A DNA stretch of 63,514 nucleotides, filler included, from Octopus bimaculoides (lineage: Eukaryota): NCBI RefSeq assembly GCF_001194135.2. It is 5 parts of 5 records of this genome, joined end to end, with 100 filler letters (N's around TTAATTAATTAA, not from the genome) between each part and the next. Parts side by side here need not be neighbours in the genome. Positions count along the whole stretch, not along the records: positions 12,296 to 17,208 come from NC_069007.1; positions 17,309 to 28,355 come from NC_068982.1; 3 more parts are not named here. One strand, 5' to 3'. The translations under genes and the position numbers were made by a program. Numbering within the stretch: position 1 is the stretch's first letter; each line of letters opens with the position of its first letter. Shown here in pieces: positions 12,992-24,230 of the stretch. The notes below the pieces were generated by a model. It ran no database searches. It saw only the letters and a list, made by a program, of their open reading frames with translations, and was not told where the DNA came from.

Positions 12992-13447
12992 ATATATNNN
13001 NNNNNNNNNNNNNNNNNNNNNNNNNNNNNNNNNNNNNNNNNNNNNNNNNNNNNNNNNNNNNNNNNNNNNNNNNNNNNNNNNNNNNNNNNNNNNNNNNNNN
13101 NNNNNNNNNNNNNNNNNNNNNNNNNNNNNNNNNNNNNNNNNNNNNNNNNNNNNNNNNNNNNNNNNNNNNNNNNNNNNNNNNNNNNNNNNNNNNNNNNNNN
13201 NNNNNNNNNNNNNNNNNNNNNNNNNNNNNNNNNNNNNNNNNNNNNNNNNNNNNNNNNNNNNNNNNNNNNNNNNNNNNNNNNNNNNNNNNNNNNNNNNNNN
13301 NNNNNNNNNNNNNNNNNNNNNNNNNNNNNNNNNNNNNNNNNNNNNNNNNNNNNNNNNNNNNNNNNNNNNNNNNNNNNNNNNNNNNNNNNNNNNNNNNNNN
13401 NNNNNNNNNNNNNNNNNNNNNNNNNNNNNNNNNNNNNNNNNNNNNNN

Positions 13448-13687
13448 TTCAAAGATTTTGCCTCTTTTCTTATCGTTCGTCATCCCTGGGGCTTCAGATT
13501 TGATTTGAGCTAAAGTCTTGTCCTTATTATGTACAATCGTTAATACAGTTGTCCGACTCATCCCAAAAGATCGTGCGATTGCTCCCATTTTTTCACCCTT
13601 TTCATGGTATTTTATCACAACCAGTTTATCTACCAGCATTATAGCATGACACTTATCATTTTCACTATGAATTTTCTTAGGAGCCAT
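13448..13687 (-). mobile_element. Tigger/pogo transposase N-terminal HTH (psq/CENP-B type) fragment, running into a gap
   Basis: MAPKK...IMLVDKLVVIKYHEKGEKMGAIARSFGMSRTTVLTIVHNKDK matches the TIGD1/Tigger N-terminus. Confidence 0.8.
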
Positions 13688-14489
13688 GGCGACAAAAAAT
13701 AATGTCACAAATGAATGAAAATGAGCAGGTAGCCGATAAACAGACGTAAACAAATCTGAATTCAAAACAATCGCGGGAATCAGGAGTGACAACGACGCAT
13801 AACGGTAGATATTGGAACTACAGTGTAATATGATCCCCGAAAGACAGCTGATTTCATGATTCCGTTCGCTAAGCTACACTACTTTATGGTGTGTATCTCA
13901 ACATTTACTGTACATATTTTAATATGATTTTATATGCTTTCAGTCTTATTTATTGTACAGTAACACGATTTTATGTGCTTTTAATGGTTTTCTAGTGATT
14001 TTACGATTCCAGTATTAGTGGCAGACAGACGTAAAGTCGAGTAAAATGACTTAACTTGATTTTTATTTTTCCATATGTTATTTTTGAAAACTGACATATA
14101 ATCGAGAACGACTTAAACCGAAACTTCTTGCCACAAAATTAGAAACCATAAATAAAGTGTAATCCTAGCCTAATAAGATCATCCAGAAATCCGATCAAAG
14201 TATATCAATCACCACAAACTATGAACTCAAAAACAAGCTCACCCTTACAAAAATGGAGTCCAACTCAGAATACAGAAAATCTAAGACAAACAAGATTCAC
14301 AGGCAACGAACGCATCATACATTGTAATCTTCAGCTGCATTGTGGATATCACTATGGTTTCGACACCATAGTGAGTAGTACTATTTAATCCAGTAATGTC
14401 AACAGTGTTAAGGTCATAAATGCTGCCTGGGAATCAATATATATACATATGTGTGTATGTGTGCGTGTGTATAACTTCAGTATAATAGT

Positions 14490-15230
14490 ATAATGGTAAC
14501 ATGTCTGTCCAAGTTACTGTGAGTACGTTATTTGTGTCGCTTTGGCCATTTTTCCACCTTTTCGATCCAAGAGTGTTTCTTTTAAATCTATGTATTTCGA
14601 TCTGGATTCGAATCTGCAGTGTATGCATTCGTTAATGATTGTTGCATGGATGTATCTGATCCGTTTTATGGAAGATGTTTTTGCGAAAGCTATCAAATTC
14701 GCATTTTCCTTTCGATTTGTATGATCCAATGAAACCCGCCTCTGACGCTTTTTCTTCACATTTTGTTTTGTGAAGGGTTTTCATTTTATCGAAAACTGGG
14801 TCTAGTATTTTGGTTAATAAAGCCCAGCTCAAGTTTTGTGGGTTCAATCAGCGTAGCATTCACTGTATTTTTAACATTCGCTGTATTTTTAACATTCGCT
14901 GTATTTTTAACATTCACTTCGTGGTCTTTGAGTGTAATGTATGCGTTTTTCTTGGCTAAGAATATCTATGTATGATTCAAGTAAACATAAAGTGATGTTT
15001 TATCCACATATTTACTTTGTGGATGACTTTGGTTTTTCAATAACTGACTTTTATATTTTTGCTTGATAAAGTCTAACTCACTTTTTGCAGATTTTATTAG
15101 CGTAGCTTTCGCCGTGTTGTTTGCTTTTGTTGCATATGAATGTAATGCATTTTTGCATTCGCTTTTATTAATAATATCTATTTATGCACAGCATATGACG
15201 GGCTTTCGAAAGCACAACTACGCAAATCAG
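14490..15230 (-). mobile_element. Second Penelope-like (Naiad-type) RT fragment
   Basis: Minus translation DILSQENAYITLKDH...TLIEPTKLELGFI and KILDPV corresponds to the AFITLKDHK...RLINP.K.E.G.ISK.ILD block. Confidence 0.7.
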
Positions 15231-15361
15231 GTTATCCAGCACGTTGCTAGACTAATTTATGACTATATAACAGTTGATATATGTTATTGAGAGAGGAAAA
15301 AAGTCGATTACGTCTTATCTGAGAATCGATCCTCCTGGAAACTCCTTCCACTTTTTCTAAC

Positions 15362-15535
15362 CCAAGGCAGCCTAGTGGTTAGGGCGTTGCGCCCACAATT
15401 ACGAGATCATTGGTTCGATTCCCAGACCGAGCGGTGCGTTGTGTCCTTGAGCAAAACAATTCATTTTACGTAGTTTTAGTCCGCTCGGCAGCAAATGGGT
15501 AACCCTTGACGGACTTGACTTCCGATGAAGGGAAG
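15362..15535 (+). mobile_element. tRNA-derived SINE family D (V-SINE-like)
   Basis: A-box gcctagtgg, B-box ggttcgattcc, then gtgtccttgagcaaaaca and aacccttgacggac. Confidence 0.6.
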
Positions 15536-15970
15536 ACATTCGAAAGCTAAAGAAAAAATGCAAAGCGCANNNNNNNNNNNNNNNNNNNNNNNNNNNNNNN
15601 NNNNNNNNNNNNNNNNNNNNNNNNNNNNNNNNNNNNNNNNNNNNNNNNNNNNNNNNNNNNNNNNNNNNNNNNNNNNNNNNNNNNNNNNNNNNNNNNNNNN
15701 NNNNNNNNNNNNNNNNNNNNNNNNNNNNNNNNNNNNNNNNNNNNNNNNNNNNNNNNNNNNNNNNNNNNNNNNNNNNNNNNNNNNNNNNNNNNNNNNNNNN
15801 NNNNNNNNNNNNNNNNNNNNNNNNNNNNNNNNNNNNNNNNNNNNNNNNNNNNNNNNNNNNNNNNNNNNNNNNNNNNNNNNNNNNNNNNNNNNNNNNNNNN
15901 NNNNNNNNNNNNNNNNNNNNNNNNNNNNNNNNNNNNNNNNNNNNNNNNNNNNNNCATATGTGTGTGTATA

Positions 15971-16133
15971 GGCGCAAGAGTGACTGTGTGATAAGAAGCT
16001 TGCTTCCCAACCACATAGTTCCGGGTTCAGTCCCACTGCGTGTCACCTTGGGCAAGTGTCTTCTACTATAGCCTCGGGCTGACCAAAGCCTTGTGAATGG
16101 ATTTGGTTGACGGAAACTGAAAGAATCCCGTTG

Positions 16134-16178
<45 letters not shown>

Positions 16179-16378
16179 TTGTGTCGGTGCTTGTCTCTCA
16201 CCGCCGATTGACAACCGGTGTTGGTGGGTTTACGTCTCTGTAACTTAGCAATTCGGCAAACAGAAACTGATGAAATAAGTATCAGGCTTCAAAATGGGGT
16301 CGTTTCGCACGATTAAAATTCTTCAGGGCGTTGCTCCAGCATGGCTGCAGTCTAGTAGATGGAACAAGTAAAAGAATA
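15971..16378 (+). mobile_element. tRNA-derived SINE family A, full length
   Basis: Head ggcgcaagagtgactgtgtgataag...gggttcagtccc, central (GT)n, tail ggcgttgctccagcatggctgcag...aagtaaaagaata. Confidence 0.88.
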
Positions 16379-17166
16379 CACACATACACAAACACACACA
16401 CACATATAGAGAACCAGGCAGACAAACAGACATGTAGATAGAGAGATAGAGAGATAGATAGACAGACAGGCAGACAGACGGACCGAATAGATAAGATAAG
16501 GAAACTGTGTGTGTTTACATATATAGATTCGCTCCAATACAACCGCCATAAGGGAACATATTCTAGAAACTTCCTTCCAATCCACTTGAGAAAGTTGAAA
16601 CGGAGAAAGAAAATATAACCAAAAAAAGTGCGTCTGATCCCTTCGGGGTTTGAACATAAGGAATACGAAACATCGAAATACCACGGTAACAGCAAAGATG
16701 GTAACCGGAATGAATATTGAGTAGAAGGGTAAACGAAAGAATAGTAACTATTCTCGAAAAAATAGAGGAAAAATTGGGGTTAGTTTTGTGAAATTGTCTG
16801 CTAGAAGAATAGTAAGGTAGTGGGTTAATGTTATCGTCTGCTTCGTCTCATGAAATTTTTGATTCTCTTGAAAAATGATAATAATAATAATAAATAAGTC
16901 AGAGAATGCAGACATCTGCTAATATTACTATGTTATTGTAATGGTTAGAGTACATAGTGGTGGCGGTGGTAATGGTGGTGATGGCGGTGGTAGTGGGAGA
17001 TAACAGGAGACACATTTAGAAACTAAGAAGACGAAACAGAAAGATGGGTGCGTGTGCGCTTCCAAAATCTGTCTGTCTGTGTGTCAGTCTCTCTTTCTCT
17101 ATATCTCTCTCACTTTCTATTCATCTATTTACCTATTTATTTAACTATCTTTCTCCATTCCTCTGT

Positions 17167-17208
<42 letters not shown>

Positions 17209-17308
17209 NNNNNNNNNNNNNNNNNNNNNNNNNNNNNNNNNNNNNNNNNNNNTTAATTAATTAANNNNNNNNNNNNNNNNNNNNNNNNNNNNNNNNNNNN
17301 NNNNNNNN

Positions 17309-17620
17309 CTAGGTTGACTCTAAGGCCCTTCAATTTTAGACCTTGCTTCCACACCTGAAACTTCTCCTCTAGTTCTGATAGTGACTCCGCAATTAGGGCA
17401 AGGTCATCAGCATAGAGGAGCTCCCAGGGGCAACCTGTCTTGAACTCCTCTGTGATTGCCTGGAGGACTATGATAAATAAGAGGGGGCTGAGGACGGAAC
17501 CTTGGTGGACCCCTACCTCTACCCGGAATTCATTGCTGTACTCATTTCCAACCTTCACCTTACTGGCAGCATCTCTGTACATGGCTCGCACAGCTCTTAC
17601 TAACCATTCTTCTATCCCAT
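17309..17620 (-). mobile_element. RTE-clade LINE reverse transcriptase fragment
   Basis: GIEEWLVRAVRAMY...VGVHQGSVLSPLLF...WELLYADDLALIAES contains the QG..LSP and YADD RT motifs, with no stop in the visible part. Confidence 0.93.
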
Positions 17621-18124
17621 GATTTCATTTATTAGTGATGTTTTAAGAAACATTATCTTCACTGAATAAGCAGGTTCTTTTAGGCATTATTTATGGTTTT
17701 TTCAGTACCTCTAACATTTTGGAGTTCCCACACCTCTTGGGAACTGGTAAGGGTAAGGGAGGAAGAAACTACATCTTATTTTGTCTTCACCTAGCTGAAT
17801 GCTTGCAATAGAGGGGCTCAGCAAAAGGCACCTAAGGACCAGTTGACAATGTTAAACTGAGCAAAAAATGGTCACAGTCCAGTCCATGGGCTTGGACAGC
17901 GGGACTAAACTGAGAAGAAATATGTCGAGAAACAAACTTCTCAAACACACAACCATACAAGGACCAATATTAGTGGGTGTATTATATTATATTAACATTA
18001 TAGTATATATATACATTAACATATTATAGTACAAACATTCAAAAGTTAAATATAAAGTTCATAACGTATTATTTAAGAACATGATGGCAATAAAAAGTTA
18101 ACAAGTTTAAATTAGTAAGCTTTT

Positions 18125-18310
18125 TTAACCGTTTCATGACTATATTCCTAATGAAATACACAATCTATGTATTTCAGTAAATTTTTAATATAATCAAGAA
18201 CTTGGAAGGATTTACTAAAATAACTTTTTCATTATTAAGCTAATATTGAGAACATATCTTAAAAGATTTTACATAAATTATGATTGAAATTTTAAGTTTA
18301 ATATAAATAC
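18125..18310 (+). repeat. Probable non-autonomous DNA transposon (piggyBac-like MITE) remnant
   Basis: Begins ttaaccgttt (resembles TTAA+CCCT) followed by an AT-rich body. Classification is from memory of similar elements only. Confidence 0.3.
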
Positions 18311-18689
18311 ATTGATTTGCCTTAAATGACTGCAGTTGATCATTTGCTAGAAATGTCCTTCATTTGTTTGTTTTAATTTCTTATTGCCATAACACTATTT
18401 TTATTGATATCATTCATTAATTCGATTATTTAAACAGCAATGAACTACAGAAACACTCGTAAACGATCTCATACAATCACTTTCTCAAACACGATATTTT
18501 TATGAATTACAACTCCAACTACTTTCTAACATAGATAAGTTGGTTGTAGGCACAACTCAATAAAAAAAAGTAATATTCAATATGATGTAGAGCTTATATT
18601 TATCAGTTGACGATTCATTTCTTTGCCACAATTTTGCTCTACTCTTTCTTTTTTTTTTTTTTCTAGTCAAAAATGAAAACAGAGGCTAT

Positions 18690-19135
18690 GATCCTTCACA
18701 GGGTGTCCGAGATTGGGGAATGGGAAGAACTTATTCCTCAAAACGGTAACCCGGCCCAAAAGCTTGCATCAATGGAATCCACTACAAGACTAATGGATTT
18801 AAACTGAAAGACGAATTCAGTTTACTACCCATGTAAGCCATTACAAGATATGACCACAAAATACAAAGAGTTGAAACAAATAACGCAAGGCATCTGGTCT
18901 GATGTTCTTTCAGTTCCGAAAGAACGAAAAACCAAGTTGACGTCGGTGGGATTTGATCTTAGCACACGGAGAGCGAGACCTGTCTACTCGGTGAAGACCA
19001 GCGTGAAGAAACCGAAGCTGGCTACATCTTTTGCAAGGGACAAAAGCCATGAAGATCAGCGTGACTACGGTGTTGGCTTTGCCATCAAGAGCCAACCGGT
19101 CAGAATGCACGGTGAGGTAAGCTATCGGATGCTCT
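18690..19135 (+). mobile_element. RTE-clade LINE 5' region and apurinic endonuclease start, decayed
   Basis: Frameshifted translation VPKERKT, ETCLLGEDQREETEAGYIFCKG and DYGVGFAIKSQ matches PERRTA...ETR..GEG...GYTFFW.G...GVGFAIK. Confidence 0.75.
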
Positions 19136-19954
19136 AATGATTCTGCCAATTCATCACTCAAGCAATCTGTTGGAAATAGCAGCTAAATCTTCCTTAAACC
19201 ACTTATTACAACTTTAAATAAAGAAAATTACACCAGACTGACGGGTACGTCAGATACTCCTTTCATCATGGGTTTGCTCTTTCATTGTCGATTTGAGCTA
19301 ATTGGCCATAACTGATTGTTACTACATAAGGTTACCAGTTCTAACACAGCGATTTTTGTGTGCGCGTATGAGCAGACAGACAGAGATAGCTAGCTAAATA
19401 GATAGATAGATAGATACGTCGGGTCTACGGGGTTACCTTGGGTTTCACGTTCATAAAGCGCTTAGCTTTAGTGTTTCTTCAGAACCTAGGCCTATAATCT
19501 CTCTCTCTCTCTCTCTCTCCACACACACATGCGTGCAAGTAATTTATTTTATCTTTTGTTCATCAAAATTCTTATTGTTTCACTTTTCTTTGTATAAGTT
19601 TAAATTTAAAACGTATACTTATTCCTATAAATTTCGCTTCCAAATACCAACAAGAAAATACAAATTCAGAGACATTTTGTTACAATACATCGGACATATA
19701 CCACAACATCAATATTGTTAACTAAACATATGGCGGCGTAAATTTCTCAATCAAGTACAGTTAACTTGCACAATTATTTTTGATGCACATGAAACAGAAG
19801 CGAAACTACGCAACAAAAGTATGCGCGAGCATGCGGGTATGTATATAAACAAGGGTATGTCAACTAATATATATATAATAGTACCCGATGGCGAAGTTTA
19901 ACATACACACCTGAAAAAAAAAGTTACGATACGAGAAAATCTCTATACAGCCGA

Positions 19955-20100
19955 CTGATGTGCTAGAGATAGCAACTAAATCTCCCTCAAAATCACTGCC
20001 TTAAATAAGAGTACATACGGTAGGCAGGATGGTCACGTTTGGAACGCTCATGGCTAATTTGGGTTAAACTGATTGTTACTATATAAGGTTTCCTATCTGA
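19955..20100 (+). repeat. Unclassified repeat family E; related pieces at about 19170, 37350-37560 and 40895-41225
   Basis: Recurrent motif gaaatagcagctaaatctccctcaaa and ggatggtca(t/c)g...ggaacg on both strands. Confidence 0.45.
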
Positions 20101-21479
20101 TCTCAGAGATTTGTAAGTATAATTTAGTAATTAAATGATCATACAACAGTCTACAATAGAATGAAATTAATTTGATAACCAGCTGGCTTATAATTATTTG
20201 TTAAATGAGAAATATCAAAGTATTAGAACAATATTAGGTATGTATCACAGTTACCCTGTATTCTCTTTCTTCAACGATCATAATTGTAAACCAATTCTAA
20301 TAACTGGATATATTCGAAATAACGATTTATTTATAATGTAGGTGCAAAGCCACGAATGTTATGGAAGTTCTATTACCGAGTATATCGACGGTAGCACATT
20401 CCCCAAATTTCTGCTGTTACTTTACTTGCTTTATCGATTTCCCGGAAGGATGAAAGGCGAAGTCGACTATGACCAAACTTGGAACATTTGAAATAGTAAA
20501 ACGAATGAAGAGGTGATTATAAAGCGAATACACGAGAGAAAGTTTCAGTACTTACATCTGACAGAATGAAAAGCAACTCTAGGATTCGGATCAAAGCTTG
20601 CTCCAAGTCTAAGTTCAACAACACTATTGTCTTCTGCCATGACGAGACAAGCTAGAGTTGAGAAGGACCACGCTAAAATAGAAAAGTTATTTACAACAAA
20701 AACAGGAACTAAGAGAACTGATGTTATCTATCGAAAGAGATAGATGTGAGTAAAGAAAAGCATTTGTATGCATGTGAACAGTAGAGATGTCGAAAAATAT
20801 CTCGAATGGGACAGGAACTGTGAGTAGAGAGAGAATGTCAACAGACTCTGGAATGGGACATGAAAATAATAGGCATTGAAGAGCTCGGTAATAAAGAGAA
20901 ATAACTCTTATGTATACGCATCGTCTTTAGGATATGAAGTCGAAACCTCCAGCTTTACGGGAGTGTTGCGTTCTGTAATTTTACCGTAATGTGGGATTCC
21001 GTAAAACGAAAATCAATTCCCCATTGATTTCGATGTTATAAAATTTTCCGATGAATTTCTTTTTTTTTTCGAAAACCATACCCCCAGAACAATAGAGCAA
21101 TCTTTATGCATTCAAATAAATCTTAAACAGAATACAATACAAAACATTTTAAGAAAAATATATTAGGGAATAAATAGAAATATTACATTAGGATACATAT
21201 CACAAAATATGTTAGTCGGTAGGGTGCGATGGGAATTACTTGGATTAAAAGGGACACTATTTTCTACTCTGCAGATCATGATCATGACTATTTCAAGGGT
21301 GACAAACATCTTCAAAGTTATTCAACATTTACAGTATTCCATTTCGTTGAACAGCTCCTGGGTAGGGACTGAACTCAGTATGCAGTCTTTTTGTAATTTT
21401 ACGTTCACATTTCACAATTATGATTGTTATCGGCAAAGATTTGCAAACCTTATTCGGCAAATTCCAACCCTTTAGCTAT

Positions 21480-22625
21480 ATTCTTGACAGTCAACTGAAA
21501 AGGACCCAGTGGAGCTTCTATATCCTCTAACTAAACATTCTGCTCCTCTAAGAAAACCAGCTTCTATGGGACTTGAGCAACTAATCAATCAATCTACAAT
21601 TTCTTCAAACCTTACATCAAGTGCCAAGTGAATCGTAGCATCTGATATAGTAATCTGACTGCTGAATATTCCCACCAAACCTTTCTATTTGTGGAAAATC
21701 TGTAAAGTCCCTGATATAAACCAGACATATATTTTCCAAATCAAACATTCATATCGCTGAAAGATTCACTTCATCTCGTGACTCGACTGCAATCCTCTCT
21801 TGAACTTTTCCCAGGAGTTCCCATCAATTGCTTTTTATGAATTGTTTCGAAATTCTGATATGATATATTGTGAAACTTGCTATCACACCATGGTTCATTG
21901 ATTGGAGCAAAGAAATTGTGTTCTTAGGAATATACTCCACTCTCATATTATTAGAAAGCACATTTACTTTCACTGGATGGCTAAGTGTATTGTCTGAAAT
22001 GAGAAAAACTTTCTGGGAAACATTACACGGGACACGCATCTTTCTACAGCAGGGTAGGAAAGTTTGTAAACCAGTATCGCAAAAGGCTCGTAGTTCTTCA
22101 AGACTTTCTATTTGAATGTCAGATCATAGATAGATTAAATTTTGCATAACCTACGAAAATCATTGTATTTTTGGAGTAAGGGTAGTAATTTCACATCAAC
22201 AGTAGCATTTCTTTCGACTAGATGCGCAAGACGATTTTTGAAAATTTAATAACCCAGTGCTAAGTTTTCTTCACTTGAAATAAAAGCTCTAACAGACATG
22301 TAGACTCATAAAATCCTATTTTTATCAGTAGTGTTTATTTGTTCTGGTATGTAGCCTACTTCAGCAATTATTTTCCCCAGCTCCGCAGGATCATAATTAC
22401 TACAGGTTCTGTATAGTATTGTCAGTTTCACAGGTCAGTTTATCGTTGTGCAAAATCAGGCGTTTCTTATACCTTTCAAACCAGATTTTACTGGCCAGAA
22501 AAGGTTTTGCATCAAAAGTTGCACCTTCCCCTTCTTGCAAACCATCGAACAAGCTTTCAGCGTTCGCTTAAAACAATCGTTATTTTTATCGTCATATTGT
22601 GTCCAGTCTGATTGTCAATCCACTC
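21480..22625 (-). pseudogene. Decayed Tigger/TIGD1-like DDE transposase
   Basis: WIDNQ, FLASKIWFERYKKRLILHNDKLTCE, IIAEVGYIPEQINTTD, NATVDVKLLPLL and VFLISDNTLSHP...EYIPKNTISLLQSMNHGVIASF, with multiple stops and frameshifts. Confidence 0.85.
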
Positions 22626-22874
22626 TCTCTGGAGGAGGAGGAGCTTTAGAAAAGGTGATCAATTATAATTATTGAATAATGTTCATTGTTATATATAGTG
22701 CTCCAGCTTCATCTAGATTAGTGTGATAGAGGGAGACAGGAATATCTTGTGGACAGGAATTTAGAAAGACAAATTTCAATTTCTTTTGCTCCAGATGGAC
22801 AAGGATTTTCCCCATTTCATTAGATGTAACACACTATGTAAAGTATAATTCTTGCATGTCTCAATTCCTTATAA

Positions 22875-24110
22875 TTATACATTTATTATTTTTTTTTTTT
22901 TCACTTTTGAAACTATGGACTTTTTATACTTACGTTTCTGTTTACTTTCTATTGTTTCAGAGATAGGTATTCTCATATTTTTATTTATGGGGAAAGAAGA
23001 CTGAATTTCAGAAATACTATGGTAATGCTTCTCGACATCCTCTAAAACATTTGGCTGACATCTTTCCTTGAATCTTCTTATATATTTAGTTTCGGGACAT
23101 AAAGCTGATTGTAGAAATTTCTGTTTATTGTTGAGATTAAGAGTATGTAAACCATTATTTGATATTGGTTTCTTTTCCAGAAATTCAAAATCTGTGGAAT
23201 GAAAATGCTCTTCTGGACGATCTGAAGTCCCACGATACATTGCATTTAGCCGTCTTCTCACAAGTTGTTGCTGCTCCACTCTATAATACGGCCACGCAGC
23301 ATCAACTTCCTTCCAAGCAGGAATAGTCAAAGTAAATCGCTGTCTTTTGTAACATGTAGATACTTCACTTAATTTAAATTCAAAGGATTTTTTGTCATTT
23401 TCGGAAATGCCATGTCTTTTCAATAATCGAAGTAGTTCACACTTGTTATATGGTCGAAGAGCTAACAAATGAATAATTCTCTTTCGTAATGATGATTTCC
23501 TAACGTATGAGGGAATATGTAAATCATTACTCAATGAAAATGAAGATTCCCCAGATAAATTGTCAGATATTAAGGCCTTATTATTCCAGCCATCACAAAG
23601 TGATGCATTAAAATTCGAAACCTCATTATCCGAATGCGAGAGAAATTTGTTGTATTTAAGATTCTTTGATAGACAAATCTCTTTCGCAGGTTTCTTTTTC
23701 GCTTCTTCCACGTGCATTCTTTTTCTGAATTCTTTAAACGAATCACGATTCCCCTGCATAACTAGTTTATGAGTGATACACCCTAAAGAACTGATACAGT
23801 TTTCATTTTTTGACAGCACTTGCTGGAGACAATAAAAAACGCCATTGACTTTACCTTGCACGCAATATAAGTTAAAATGAAATGTATATTGTTCGCTATC
23901 TGTCTCTAAAGGACATACAGGAATTTGAATAAAACCTGTACCATCGTTATATATTTTAATAGTGGGATGCAGACAACTCTCTGTTGCGTTTCTTAAAAAA
24001 TCTTGCAGTTTTCCTAAAATGGACTCTGTAAAAACTGCGTGTATGATTGTTTTGTCGTCTTCACAGGAAGTCGACATGGTATACAGAGGATGTTTTTCTA
24101 GTGTTGACAT
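22875..24110 (-). CDS. ELL: Intronless ELL-like RNA polymerase II elongation factor (411 aa), C-terminally truncated; probable retrogene
   Basis: Uninterrupted 411-codon ORF in AT-rich DNA. The N-terminal part (KTIIHAVFTES...HPTIKIYNDGTGFIQIP...FYCLQQ...LGCITHKLVMQGNRDSFKEFRKRM) follows the ELL N-domain pattern. SLRKRIIHLLALRPYNKCELLRLLKRHG...WKEVDAAWPYY...QLVRRRL matches the ELL winged-helix motif (R.R.IHLLAL.PY.K.EL...DWP.Y). It ends in a Lys-rich stretch with no occludin/ELL domain. Confidence 0.88.
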   Translation of the reverse strand: MSTLEKHPLYTMSTSCEDDKTIIHAVFTESILGKLQDFLRNATESCLHPTIKIYNDGTGFIQIPVCPLETDSEQYTFHFNLYCVQGKVNGVFYCLQQVLSKNENCISSLGCITHKLVMQGNRDSFKEFRKRMHVEEAKKKPAKEICLSKNLKYNKFLSHSDNEVSNFNASLCDGWNNKALISDNLSGESSFSLSNDLHIPSYVRKSSLRKRIIHLLALRPYNKCELLRLLKRHGISENDKKSFEFKLSEVSTCYKRQRFTLTIPAWKEVDAAWPYYRVEQQQLVRRRLNAMYRGTSDRPEEHFHSTDFEFLEKKPISNNGLHTLNLNNKQKFLQSALCPETKYIRRFKERCQPNVLEDVEKHYHSISEIQSSFPINKNMRIPISETIESKQKRKYKKSIVSKVKKKKIINV

Positions 24111-24220
24111 AGTGTAAACAAACGACCTTCTTGTTTGATTAATTCCGAAATGCTTATTTTTTTAATATTTTCAGAACTATATTAGTTCAAAGCTGTTTCT
24201 ATTGTATCTACCCCAGTTTG

Positions 24221-24230
24221 ATGACGTCAT
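24221..24230. promoter_or_regulatory. Perfect CRE/ATF palindrome ATGACGTCAT, about 110 bp upstream of the ELL-like ATG
   Basis: Sequence gtttg-ATGACGTCAT-aatt. A TGACG half-site follows at about 24239. Confidence 0.5.

Noticed and set aside
15518-15552. ccgatga...gaaagcta hammerhead-like string
   Set aside because: It overlaps the expected V-domain-like end of SINE D and the stems are only 2-3 bp, so it is probably coincidental.
13448-22625. Idea that the two Tigger fragments are one split element
   Set aside because: On the minus strand the N-terminal fragment (13448-13687) lies downstream of the DDE fragment, the wrong order for a single element.
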